Assembly: GCA_038087875.1 (NCBI GenBank)
Contig: CM075977.1
Coordinates: 151,466,001 to 151,530,000 of the forward strand
Direction: 5' to 3'
Origin: Malacoraja senta
Lineage: Eukaryota
Length of the DNA: 64,000 nt
Shown: piece after piece, positions 49,922 to 62,493 of the stretch
How positions within the stretch are numbered: position 1 is the first letter of the stretch
Layout of the letters: every line of letters starts with the position of its first letter
Program-made: the position numbers and the translations under genes
The notes under the pieces: generated by a model
What the model was told of the DNA's origin: nothing
The model's database searches: none
Seen by the model: only the letters and a program-made list of their open reading frames with translations

Positions 49922-50604
49922 CATTTGCCTGTAAAGATGAATGTTAAGCTGGTCATTGGATCTGTTGACATAGTATACAAGAATCTACCGTGTTGGGATT
50001 GGAGGTGATCGTAGCTTTGGGATTGCTGTGGAGCTGAGAGGAACACATTCTCTCCAATGGCCCAACTTAATATGAATACCCTACAATTAGCCCACGTGTA
50101 AACTGTAAAACAGGTTAATTAATTCTAATGATTACAGCCACATTATTATTGCATGCAAACTATAAATATTCAATAGTTCTGGGATTTAGTAAGGACAGTT
50201 TCATTCAGAAATTGCATTGCAGTAATTCAACACATGAATTGATTTCAGAATTCATTAATGCAACATCACAAAACATTAAAGCTGCAAATAAACTGGAGCA
50301 TAATGATTGTATTTTAATTTATGGCTCCTATTGTGCCGAAGATGAAAGACTGTCTGTTTCTGTCTCTCTGGGAAATGGAATAGTAGACAAAAAAGATTAA
50401 AGCAAACACAGGCCTTCTTTATGTGAAAATAAATTCAGCTTTATTTTCCACAAGGCTTTGTGTTAAGCTTAGTCATTCCAGCATCAAACATAGAGATACC
50501 AATATCTTGTTTTAACAAATGCATTGCCAAAGTTAATTTTGGTGTCCGAATTTAGAAGTTCCTAATTTTAATAGTTGGGAAACTCTAATCCCCTCATAAA
50601 CAAT

Positions 50605-51828
50605 CCGGCACTCAAATACACCTGGACCATTTCCCGACACTTCCCTATCATTCCTTGACCTCACTATCTCCATCGCAGGTGATAGACTTCTTACCGACAT
50701 CCACTACAAACCTACCGACTCCCATGGCTATCTGGATTACACTTCTTCCCACCCCTGCTTCCTGTAAGGACTCCATCCCCCACTCTCAATTCCTCCGTCT
50801 ACGCCGCATCTGCTCCCAGGATGAGGCGTTCCACACCAGGGCATCCGAAATTTCCTCATTCTTCAGAGAACGAGGGTTCCCCTCCTCCACCATAGATGAG
50901 GCTCGCACCAGGGTCTCTGCCATACCCCGCAACACTGCTCTCTCTCCCCATCCCCCCACTCACAACAAGGGCAGAGTCCCCCTAGTCCTCACCTTTCACC
51001 CCACCAGCCGTCACATACAAGTGATCCTCCGTCAGTTTCGCCACCTCCAACGTGACCCCACCACTCGCCACATCTTCCCATCTCCCCCCATGCTGCCTTC
51101 CGCAAAGACCGCTCCCTCCGTAACTCCCTTGTCAATTCTTCCCTTCCCACCCGTACCACCCCCTCCCCGGGTACTTTCCCTTGCAACCGCAAGAGATGCA
51201 ACACTTGTCCCTTCAACTCCCCCCTCGACTCCATTCAAGGACCTAAGCAGTCGTTCCAGGTGCGACAGAGGTTCACCTGCATCTCCTCCAACCTCATCTA
51301 TTGCATCCGCTGCTCTAGATGCCAGCTGATCTACATCGGTGAGACCAAGCGGAGGCTTGGCGATCGTTTCGCCGAACACCTCCGGTCGGTCCGCAATAAC
51401 TAACCTGACCTCCCGGTGGCTCAGCACTTCAACTCCCCCTCCCATTCCGTATCTGACCTTTCTGTCCTGGGTCTCCTCCATGGCCACAGCGAGCAACACC
51501 GGAAATTGGAGGAAATGCACCTCATATTCCGCTTGGGCAGTCTACATCCTGGGGGCTTGAACATTGAATTCTCCCAATTCTGCTAGCCCTTGCTGTCCCC
51601 TCCCCTTCATCCGCCCTCTGGTTGTCCCCTCCCCTCCCCCAGCCCTCGGGCTCCTCCTGCGCCTTTTTTCCTTTTTTCCTTTCTTCTCCCCACCCCCTAT
51701 CAGTCTGAAGAAGGGTTTTGGCCTGAAACGTTGCCTATTTCCTTCGCTCCATAGATGCTGCTGCACCCGCTGAGTTTCTCCAGCATTTTTGTGTACCTTC
51801 GATTTTCCAGCATCTGCAGTTCCTTCTT
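50605..51828 (+). mobile_element. 5'-truncated Penelope-like element (RT thumb, GIY-YIG endonuclease, pLTR)
   Basis: FLDL, YKPTDSHGYLDYTSS, SIPHSQFLRLRRICS, CNRKRCNTC and NLIYCIRCSRCQLIYIGETKRRLGDRFAEH; frameshifts and a stop; pLTR at 51700-51828. Confidence 0.95.
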
Positions 51829-53458
51829 TAAAACTTTAACTGTTTCTCTTTTTACGTATCCTTCCTGACCTGCTGAGTGTTTCCAATTTTTTCTGCTTTA
51901 TATAAGATTGCCAGCATCAGAGTTATTTTTATTTTTATTACATGGCTCTAACCACTTTAAAAGTGGGTCTTAATTTGAGTTGTTTCATCCACCATTTTCT
52001 TGACATAGGAAGTGGCAATGCAGTGATAGCTGATGGGTAGGAGCAGGAATTGTACTGGGCTACTCTCATGCCCTATTGAATAGGGGTGGTATTCATGGGG
52101 ATGTGATTATGTGGTATTGTAGGCAGGTGTTAAATAGTTGCATGATACCAACAATTATTGTTACATTTATCTTAGAAAAGTTAGATCATTTGCAGCTTGC
52201 TTGTAGTTTTGCATCAGGTGCTGTTGTTTGAGATGTTTTATAAGCACGAAAGCTAATAATGTGCAAGCAAATAAAGGGGGTAGGTTTCTAGAAGACAGAT
52301 TCAGTGGGGCAAATTTTAATTCTGTTAGTGATGCAAAGCAGTTCATTAAAGGTGCACCAATAATTAAATTAATATGTGTAATATTCAAATTCACCCCATG
52401 ACCAAGTCATAGATAGCCTACATGATGTAACAGATTTAAAATAATTTTAAGCTCTGCATTTTCAATCACAAGATTATCATATCCCTATGTTTGATGAATC
52501 TGCCAATACTTAATTTCTAACTGGTTGCAAAGCAAAAGAATGGACCACAATTGGCACTGATCACATGCAATCCCTCTTCCTACCTACTCGGGTTATAACT
52601 TGGAATCAGGATCTGTATGAAGGTGACAACTCAATTGGGAACTTCGCTCAGAGCTGATCTGAACTTGAAAATTCCCAAGTCAATACCAAATAGGAGAGTG
52701 CAATCTAGAGCAAACCAAGAGATTGCTTTATGAACACCAATCGTGATGTTTAGAAAAGTTTCCCTGGAGAATATATTCCTGAATTAGTTAGGTATGAACA
52801 TTTCTCCCTGAATCGACTCAATTGATAAGTCTTTTCATGGGATAACAAAAATTAAGAATTCCTCAACATCTTAGAGGCCGGCACTCAATCCTCTAACTGC
52901 ATTTCTCTTCTCACTTCCAATTCTCAGATCCTAGAGTAGGCCCTTTTTTTTTTAACATAATCCCTCTTAAATATTTTTCTAGTTTGCACTTCAATATCTA
53001 ACAACAACTTAATCAAAAACACTTAGATTTTCCAGTGGAGATCCTCACTCTCCAATCTTTCATTTGTGCATTAATGGAAACAATACTTAGCCATTGTTTA
53101 TTGCAAAATTGCAGGTTTTATTCAAGCCTATAGTTACTCATCTTTCAGTGTCGTCCCATATTGCCAATGTTACAGCCAGTTTCCCAAGGATTATTGGGCA
53201 CTATTATCATTGCATTCTCTCTTTGGTCCTTCCATCTAAGCCTCAATGCCCTCACCTCCAACCTCCAAATCTGGTCAATAGATTCCCCTTTCCTCAGAGA
53301 CTCCATCTCCTACCCTTACTCTCTAATCTTTCCAAACCACTCAGGCTCCATATACCCCATTTGTTCCTTCTCCATCCCCCCCCCCCCCCCCCCAAGTCAT
53401 GATCCCTTCTTCTCAATCTCTCCAGCTCATTATTGTGCTCTTTCCTTAATGATGCAAA

Positions 53459-53791
53459 TCTCCTTCTCCCTGCCTGTTCACCCTGACATCACATCTCTGT
53501 TGCTTTCTGTCCTCCTTTCTTCACCAAGCAAACACATTTCTTCAACAGTCGGCATATTTTATGGTCAGTGAAAAACGACATCCTGATATTAGGCTCTGAC
53601 AAGAGAGAATTCCTCTGGATGTGTGCACGTAGGCACCCAACCTTAATTATGATTCACCAGCCAGTTCCAAGGTATATTCTCACTGACCATAAAATATGAC
53701 ATATGGTGAAGAAATGTTCTTGGGTGGTGAAGAAAGCAGGAGGGAAAGCAACAGAGATGTGATGTCAGGGTGAACAGGCAGGTGAAGGAGA
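53459..53791. repeat. Imperfect inverted repeat, arms about 115 bp, spacer about 100 bp
   Basis: 53459-53574 versus 53677-53791, including a perfect CCTGCCTGTTCACCCTGACATCACATCTCTGTTGCTTTC block. Confidence 0.85.
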
Positions 53792-54500
53792 CTTGTATGA
53801 TTCTTTTGGGTGGAGAGAGGACTGGGATGTTTAAATGTCAAAATAGTCCCTGAACTTTCGCCTCCACCCGGACCACCCGAAGTAAACAAATTGATCCAGA
53901 TCATTGTGATTTTTTAACCTGAAAACAATATTTTCTTTAACAACCAAGCCAAAAGCAGTATGTATTGCAAAAATTGAAGGAGGCAGCTGTAAACAATAAC
54001 CACTTTCTAATGTCCTACTATCAGACACAAGTCACGCCGAGCTGGAAAATGAAAATGTGCAACATTTTCTTGTCACAAGTTGACTGAACCAACCTAGATT
54101 TATCCATTGAAAATAAATATATTGAAGTTGCTTCATTGAATTTTTCATTAAGCTAAAAATTATGAAGTTGCCTTGACAAAGCAAATAGATACACTGTAAT
54201 TGTTTAACCCCTTAAATAAAGCTCCATGAACTAAATACATTGGAGAGATGTTAAGTCAGTTAACATGAAAAACTAAGCACAAAATATCTAATGAACTTTG
54301 TCCCTGTTGGATTTATAACTTAAAATCGTTTCCAAGTACATAACAAAATTTCATTTTGGCAATTTACTGTGACAGGAAATACACAAAGTTAAATAGTTAT
54401 GATTGGAATTTTTGGCATTCATCAGAGAATAGAATTTTCTGCTAAATTAATATAAATTGTGCAGTGCTTTGGAGTTCATTTGTACATGTACTTTGTATGT

Positions 54501-54725
54501 GGACACAAAATGCTGGAGTAACTCAGCAGGACAGGCAGCATCTCTGGAGAGAAGGAATGGGTGACTTTTTGGGTCGAGACCCTTCTTCAGATAGAAGAAG
54601 GGCCTCGTCCTGAAACATCACCCATTCCTTTTCTCCAGAGATGCTGCCAGTCTCGCTAGTTTACTCCAGCATTTTGTATCTACCTTCGATTTAAACCAGC
54701 ATCTGCAGTTCTTTCCTACACATCC
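54501..54725. mobile_element. Palindromic Penelope pLTR-derived insertion
   Basis: Inverted arms; 14-bp direct repeat TGTACTTTGTATGT at 54487-54500 and 54726-54739. Confidence 0.85.
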
Positions 54726-55189
54726 TGTACTTTGTATGTTCCTGGTGAAATTTTACACTGCTACTCATGAACCAAACAGGGGGCTAGTAATGATAAAAAA
54801 TCTGGAGTGAGAAGCTTGGTGGATGAGAAAAGTTTACATTAATTATCGGATTTATGTAGCAATCAATGCATCACTTTTGCAAATATTTAAACATTGATAT
54901 TGCTAATAGTAATTTTTTAGGAAGCAGACTGTGGTTACCTCTGAAGTATTCCAGTCAGATTCAATTTATCCAGTATGAAATGTTACATGATATTGCAGGA
55001 ATTTTAACTATTTCCACCCGACAGAAACTTGGTGTGAAGGCAATGAAAATATACAAGGAAACAGGAATAACGGAGGATATGGGGGAAATTACAATTTAAG
55101 CAAGTCCACCATCTAAAAAAGGAGAGAAAAGTCTGGATTGAGGAAAAAACTAGGGAAAATAAAACAAATAAAACATAATTTTAAAAATA

Positions 55190-56270
55190 TATAGATCATA
55201 GAATCATAGAGACCTACTGGATGGAAACTGGCCTTTTCGGCTATCTCATCCATGCCCACTGTGGTGCCTATCACACTAATCCCATTTGCTTTTTTAGGTC
55301 CATATCCCTCTAACCCTTTCCTATCTAAGTACCTGTCCAAATCACTTTTAATATTGTAATTATATCTACTTCCCCATATATTCACCAAAATTCTGTGTGG
55401 ACAAATGTACTAAACAGATCTCCTTTACATTGCTCCTCTTTTACCTTGAACCCGTGCACTCTAGTTCTAGACTCCTCTGCCCTGGGAAAATGATTCTATG
55501 CACCTCACAATTTTATAAATCTCAATATAGTCACTATACAACCTCCTGCTTCCAATGATAGTTAACCCCGTCGATCCAGTCTCTCCTTATAACTTAAGCC
55601 CTCCACTCCAGGCAACATCTTGATGACTCTCTTCTATACTCTCTATTGCTATGACATCCTTTCTATTGTATGGGGATTTGAACTGTAAGTAACATTCCAA
55701 ATACAGCCTAACCAATATTAGGTATAACTGCAACATGATGTCCCAATTATTATATTCAATAGCTGAGCCAAAGAAGGCAAGCATACAAATTCCCTTTTCA
55801 CTATTCTATCCACCTGTGTCACCACTCTCAGGGAGTTATGTAGCACCCCAAAGTCTCTTTCTACATCAACTCTCTCTCGTAAGGTTCATGTCATTTGTTT
55901 TCTATCTTTCCTGCCAAAATGTGATCTCTCAACATGCATTATCTCACACTTGGCTGGATTAAATTCCACCTGACACCACTCCAATTCATTTTCCAACTAA
56001 TCTATGCCCCACTATGTCTTTGTGTACGAGTCCACCAATTTTCATGACATTTGCAAAATAACTAATCATATACATTTTCGCCCAACTCATTTATATGTAT
56101 TGCACATAACAAAGGTCCCAGCACTGATCCCTGTGATACACCACTTGCTATAGAACTCCAGTCAGAAAAACAACCATCCACAACTATCCTCTGCTTCCAG
56201 TCATCCAGCTGATTTTTGATCCAGTTTGCCAACATATCTGAAGATTCTTTGTGTCCTAAATTTCAGGACA
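55190..56270 (-). mobile_element. Degenerate CR1 LINE
   Basis: AIEYNNWDIMLQLYLILVRLYLECYLQFKSP, a GVSQGSVLGPL-like motif near 56110-56142, and a CR1 tail. Confidence 0.75.
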
Positions 56271-57705
56271 AGCTTAATATTGTACGATCAATGTTTTACT
56301 TTTCAGGCTGAGAAACTAATACCATTCAGTTTCAAATGTTTACCTTTTGGATTGAAAAGGGTGATTGGCATGGGTGGAATAAAAGGTCTGCATAGTAACT
56401 GGATCACCCATGGTGTTAAATATCCACATCAATTTATTGTGAGAGTTCAATTCTAAATAAATACACAAATATAGCAATGCTTTACATGCACAACAGGTTG
56501 AAATCAGCACCCATTTTCCGGAGGATAACAGTGGAGTAAAACAAGTAGTCTAGCAGTTTGTCATAATCTGCAAATCAAAGGGTATTGTTTTCTCACGATG
56601 TAGGATAAGGTTGCTATTTCTTCGCCAGCAGATTCTGGCTTTAAAAGCACAGATTATGACTGACCTGGAAGACAGATTCATGCACAAGATGGACAGATAG
56701 AATACACCTGGAGTTTATAAATAAGTAAAATATGGTCAGTCTCAATAACTAAATGAGATATTGAATAATTGAAAGGATAACTAATTGCTGAACAGAATAC
56801 TTCCTGAACAGTGGACAACATTTAATTATCTTCCTGCTGCATCAGACAATGACTGTCTGGGTTCCTTTCTTGCATCCTATCAGTAACTCATTCCTGTTCT
56901 GTCACTGGTCTCCAGGGACCTCACTGTTTTCGCAGGCTGTCAGTCAATCCAAGACCCTGTCATGACTACAAACTCAATATGTCACATCTCTGCATTGCCC
57001 TCAGCAAAACCACTCCATTCTTTCGAGCAAGTTTACTTTCCTCATGTTTTTCATATTTTCCTACTTCAGATATCTTCCTCCAGGAACGTTAATAAAATTC
57101 ACTTATTCAGTACAATTTAAATCCATTTTACTCATTATGGTTTTCTGACAACAATCAAATTAAGTTAAGCAAAATATTCAACATTTATCTGAATATACAT
57201 TTTACATGGAAAAATTCTTAATCTGAAAATATATATATTAAGCTTCTAATTTTGAATCAACCATAAGCATTTATTTTCCTCTAGTAGGTCTTGTTGGAAA
57301 CTATTATCCCCCTGGCAAATGCTCATGGCATTTTCAGTTACTATTTGATCAATTACCGCTTGCCTACACAAGAGTAGAGATTACATTTGAAAGTATATGT
57401 GTTGTTCACAAAGCATGTTGACATGGTAAATCTTCTATCAATACTACATTCCTTGTTTTCTTGCACAAATAAAGTGAGCAATAAGTAGTCCAAAAACATA
57501 TGTAAGCAAATTCATTTTTTATTTTGAAAAGAATTGGGACAAAACCCCCATGACTAAATGCAAAACGTTAATTTCTCCTCCATACATGGACATATTACAA
57601 TTGCCATTTACTCTGACTTTCTACCACTCCTAGCTATTCACTCCCAATTTCTCCAGCAATATTTTAGTTTCCTTTTCAGCTTTGCATTACTCAATAAAAC
57701 ATATA

Positions 57706-58803
57706 CAGTGGCTTGCAAAAGTTTTCATACCCCTTGAACTTTTCCACATTTTGTCACGTTACAACCACAAACGTAAATGTATTTTATTGGGATTTTATGT
57801 GATAGACCAACACAAAGTGGTGAATAATTGTGAAGTGGAACGAAAATGATACATGGTTTTCAAATTGTTTTACAAATAAAAAACTGAAAAGTGTCACGTG
57901 CAAAAGTATTCAGCCCCCCGAGTCAATACTTTGTAGAACCACCTTTTGCTGCAATTACAGCTGCAAGTCTTTTGGGGTATGTCTCTACCAGCTTTGCACA
58001 TCTAGAGTGAAAATTGTGCCCATTCTTCTTTGCAAAATAGCTCAAGCTCAGTCAGATTGGATGGAGAGCGTCTGTGAACAGCAATTGTCAAGTCTTGCCA
58101 GAGATTCTCAATTGGATTTAGGTCTGGACTTTGACTGGGCCATTCTAACACATGAATATGCTTTGATCTAAACCATTCCATTGTAGCTCTGGCTGTATGT
58201 TTAGGGTCGTTGTCCTGCTGGAATGTGAACCTCCGCCCCAGTCTCAAGTATTTTGCAGACTCTAACAGGTTTTCTTCCAAGATTGCCCTGTATTTGGCTC
58301 CATCCATCTTCCCATCAACTCTGACCAGCTTCCCTGTCCCTGCTGAAGAAAAGCATCCCCACAGCATGATGCTGCCACCACCATGTTTCACAGTGGGGAT
58401 GGTGTGTTCAGGGTGATGTGCAGTGTTAGGTTTCCGCCACACATAGCGTTTTGCATTTAGGCCAAAAACTTCAATTTTGGTCTCATCTGACCAGAGCACC
58501 TTCCTCCACAAGCTTGGGATATTTGTTTATAACCTAACCCTGCTTTAAACTTCTCCACAACTTTATCCCTGACCTGTCTGGTGTGTTCCTTGGGCATCAT
58601 GATGCTGTTTGTTCACTAATGTTCTCTAACAAACCTCTGAGGCCTTCACAGAACAGCTGTATTTATACTGAGATTAGATTACACACAAGTGGACTCTATT
58701 TACTAATTAGGTGACTTCTGAAGGCAATTGGTTGCACTGGATTTATTTAGGGGTATCAGAGTAAAGGGGGCTGAATACTTTTACACGTGACACTTTTCAG
58801 TTT
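57706..58803 (-). mobile_element. Tc1-like (DD34E, IR/DR type) transposon, internally deleted and truncated
   Basis: TA|CAGTGGCTTGCAAAAG terminus; inner repeat CAAAAGTATTCA at 57901 with its inverse near 58772. ORF 58002-58511 contains VLWSDETKIE, FQQDNDPKH and SPDLNPIENLW. Confidence 0.93.
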
Positions 58804-60286
58804 GGGGGGGGCAGGAATAAACTGCCGTTTTCTCCTGCCTGTCGGAGGCGGACTTCCTCGGGCTGCTAGCTGCAGAAGAATAATCGATCCGACTTCCATT
58901 CCCGATTTTTTAATTTTTTAATCACGAGACAATTTAATAATTTGATTAAAATAAAAAGCGACTTCTAACGCCCTCAACGCCCACAACGTGACGGATCGCA
59001 AGAACGGGACAACACAAAGGGTAAGTTGATTATTTTACATATAATCTTGCTTCTTGCGGTGGCTTTAATCTAATTTTTCGTTGCGAAAATGTGATTTGGC
59101 CCCATACGAACCGGCCCCATACGAATCCTGCCGATATGGGGTTCAAATTCACTGCAAATGCAAAGTTCCAATCGATCGCGTTCCAGAAAAACCCACTCGC
59201 AAGATGATTTAAATGCTCTTTTTTTATGGACAATCATGTCATAACAGCATCTAAATCGTCTATATTTTGTGTTATTGTCTACCCATAGTCAATATTTTTA
59301 TACTAAATATCAGTTTTAGTCCCATGTATTGTGCAAAAAAATTAAAATGTTGATTATATTGAGTGGATGTTTCTAGATTAATTTATGGGAATTAAACATT
59401 AAATTCCTTCCATCTGGCATATGAATTCATGACAGTGAGATTTAGAATTCATGTTATATTGTGAATTCTTGTGTGAATGGGATTAGTTTGTTATTTGGAT
59501 ACTTAGGCTATTTAAAAAAAAAAACATTTTCTTAAGAAATGGAATCTACAGGACATTCTTAATGGGAAAGTAGTGGGCAGAAAGGCATATCATGCGTTGT
59601 TTGAAGAGTAAAAACTTGTAGTTTACAATGCCAAAATTGAAAAGTTGAGGAAAAACAAGGTGTACAGAGTTGCTTATTGGTTACAATCTGAGGAGTATGA
59701 TGATGCTACTGATTATGATATGCCAATGTACCAGCTAGCAGCTGATCTTCTCCATAAAGACTTGGTCTTTCGCTAAAAATTGTTATTTCTTTACCTGTCT
59801 GTTACGGACTTACAGCATATAATACAATAATATTAAAGTTCTGATCTTGAGAATATCACATTTTTTAATTTTCAAGGCAGTCTGGGTGTTTATTACTCTT
59901 TCTGTCACAACAGTCAATTTTGTAATTAGCTACAATTAGGTAACTAACTAATTATTTGCTTTAATTTCAGGTCATCCAAGTAAGATGTTTCATATTTGTT
60001 TCAGAATGCTTCAATCTATAATAACTGAAAATTTCATTCAGATCTCTTAATTTTTAAGAAAGTTATGGGCTTTTGACTGTCCTCGATCAAAGTTTTTGTG
60101 TTAAGTCAATGCAAAAGCAATAGGGAACAAGATGCTAGTTTCCGAGTATGAAAACGGCCATAACTTTTTTAATACTGAAGACATGAAAGTGAATTAGGTG
60201 TCAAATTAAACTTCTTTTTATGCTTTATCTGATGGGATAAATTGCAGACTTGATTTGTTAAATCTCAAAATTTTGTAACTTTGCTA
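58804..60286 (+). mobile_element. Same 7-bp-TSD DNA transposon family, copy 3 (left end missing)
   Basis: Right TIR AAATTTTGTAACTTTGCTA. Spin/Ssty-like coding remnant at 59546-59775 with a CAA to TAA stop. Confidence 0.88.
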
Positions 60287-61520
60287 TCCAAGATCCCTCT
60301 GCATAACACTCCCCAGAGCCCTAACATTCACTGTGAAGGTTCTGCCCTGGTTTGACTTCCCAAAATGCAAACACCTCACACTTATCTGCAATAAACTCTA
60401 TTAACCATTCCTCAGCCCATTTGCCCAACTGATCAAGATTCTGCTCTAATTTTTGATAATCATGTTCGCTATCTACGACGCCACCCACATTAGTGTCATC
60501 TGCAAACTTACTAATCGTGCCATGTGCATTTTCATCCATAAAACACTAGCAGCAATCCCTGAGTCACACCACTAGTCACACGCCTCCAGTGATGTTTCAT
60601 ATATCTCAGCCAGGACGCCTGCAACTTCTTCTCTAGCTTCTTATAGTGTCCACAGATATATCTGATCAGGGCTGCGAGATTAGACTACTGTCATATGCCC
60701 TTGGACATTCAGCACCACCTGACCATAATACTGACTGTCCTCTAGACACTTCCACTATATGTCTCACGTTCCCCCATCTTCATGTCTTTCTCCACAGTAA
60801 AAACAGGAGAAATACTCATTGAGGACCTTGTCCATCTTTTGCAGCTCCACACAGATATGACCGTCTTGGTCTCTAAGGGCCACTATTCTCTCTCTAGTCA
60901 TCCTCTTTCCCTTAAAGTATTTACAAAATCTCTTTGGATTTCCCTTTACATTATCTGCCAGAGCTATTACCTGCTCCACCCCCCCCCCTTTTGCCCTGCT
61001 GATTCCCTTCTTAACTATGCACCTCAGCTCCCGAAATTCCTCCAAGGATACATTTAATCCGGCTGCCTATACCTCTCATACCTCTTATTTTCCTGACCAG
61101 CTTCTCGATTCCTCTCATTATCCAAGCTTCCTTGTGCCCAAGATAGACACAAAATGCTGGAGCAACTGAGCGGGTCAGGTAGCTCTCTACAGAAAGTGGA
61201 TAGGTGATGTTTCTGGTTGGGACCCTTCTTCCTTATGCCTACCTGCCTTGCCCTTCGTTCTAACACAAACAAAGCATTCCACTTTCAGGACGTTCCTTTG
61301 CCCTACTCCAATCATCTTGAGGAAGTTCCATCAAAGTTGGCCTTGCCCCAATTCAGAATTTTAACTTGCGGGGCGGACCAGTCTTTATCCATAACTGTCT
61401 TAAAGCTAATAGAACAGTGATTGCTGGTCCTAAAAGTCTCACCCACAAACACATTAGTTACTTGCCCGTGCCAATTTCCAAAGTAGATTTAAGCTTTACC
61501 CTCTCACACATTGGGCCCTC
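60287..61520 (-). mobile_element. Degenerate CR1 LINE pieces
   Basis: ISKFADDTNVGGVVDS and KGNPKRFCKYFKGKRMTRERI. Confidence 0.8.
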
Positions 61521-61673
61521 TACATACACTACATTAAATGTGGCAAATGATCACCACAGTAACATTTACTCCCAAAATAATAATTTTAAATAGTCCATCT
61601 TAAATGCAGATGTCAGACGGAATCATCCAAATAATATTCAGCCTTCATATCCAAGAACTAAATTTTGGCTCAC

Positions 61674-61868
61674 CTTATGAAGGAATGTGCTTCGTCCCAC
61701 AGCTCCCACTTTGCCTGTGTAATTCATAAAAAATATATTTCCTTCTGTTGCTCCATAAAACTCACAGATCTTAATGTTGCCAAAACGATTGAGAAATTCT
61801 TTCCAGACATCAGTCCTTATACCATTTCCAATAGCCATGCGCACTCTGTGTTTTTTTTCCCCTTCTGA
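61674..61868 (-). CDS. slc27a6: SLC27A6-like fatty acid transport protein, coding exon (195 bp; equivalent to exon 5 of SLC27A2/A6)
   Basis: Polypyrimidine tract plus AG acceptor at 61870-61869 and GTGAG donor. Translates SEGEKKHRVRMAIGNGIRTDVWKEFLNRFGNIKICEFYGATEGNIFFMNYTGKVGAVGRSTFLHK. By recalled sequence it is closer to SLC27A6 than SLC27A2; paralog identity is not certain. Confidence 0.9.
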
Positions 61869-62286
61869 CTGTAAAAAGAAAGGGAAAAGGGTGGCTCACT
61901 GAAACAAATGAAAATGAAACAGATAGAATTTGTGAATTCGACATTAATGTGCTCTTATGGGACTACTGAATAAAGTAACCACTGCAGGCTGAAACCAAGT
62001 GCCCACAAAGCTGATACCTATCTGCATTTGGGGTTTTTTCAGTGTAGAAATAACATTGTGGATAGCAAATGCAGAATACTAAATTAAAAGAGCTAAAGTC
62101 AGTCTGAAGAAGTCTCGACCCGATACGTCACCCATTCCTTCTCTCCAGAGATGCTGCCTGTCCTACTAATTTACTCCAGCATTTTGTGTCTATCTTCAGA
62201 TCAAATGAATCACTGCTTTACTTGAAAGATCTGTTTGGATCCCTGAATGTGGGGAAGGGAAGAGCTAAAAAGACAGTTGGTTCATC

Positions 62287-62493
62287 TTTTTTAAGAAGGA
62301 ACTGCAGATGCTGGAAAATCAAAGATAGACAAAAATGCTGGAGAAACTCAGCGGGTGAGGCAGCATCTATGGAGCGAAGGAAATAAAGATGAAACCCGTC
62401 TGAAGAAGGGTTTCGACCCGAAACGTTGCCTATTTCCTTCGCTCCATAGATGCTGCCTCACCCACTGAGATTCTCCAGCATTTTTGTCTACCA
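62287..62493. mobile_element. Palindromic Penelope pLTR-derived insertion with an intact hammerhead-like core on +
   Basis: CTGAAGA-A-GGGT-TTCG-ACCC-GAAA-CG-TT at 62400-62427; 10-bp direct repeat TTGGTTCATC at 62277-62286 and 62494-62503. Confidence 0.85.
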
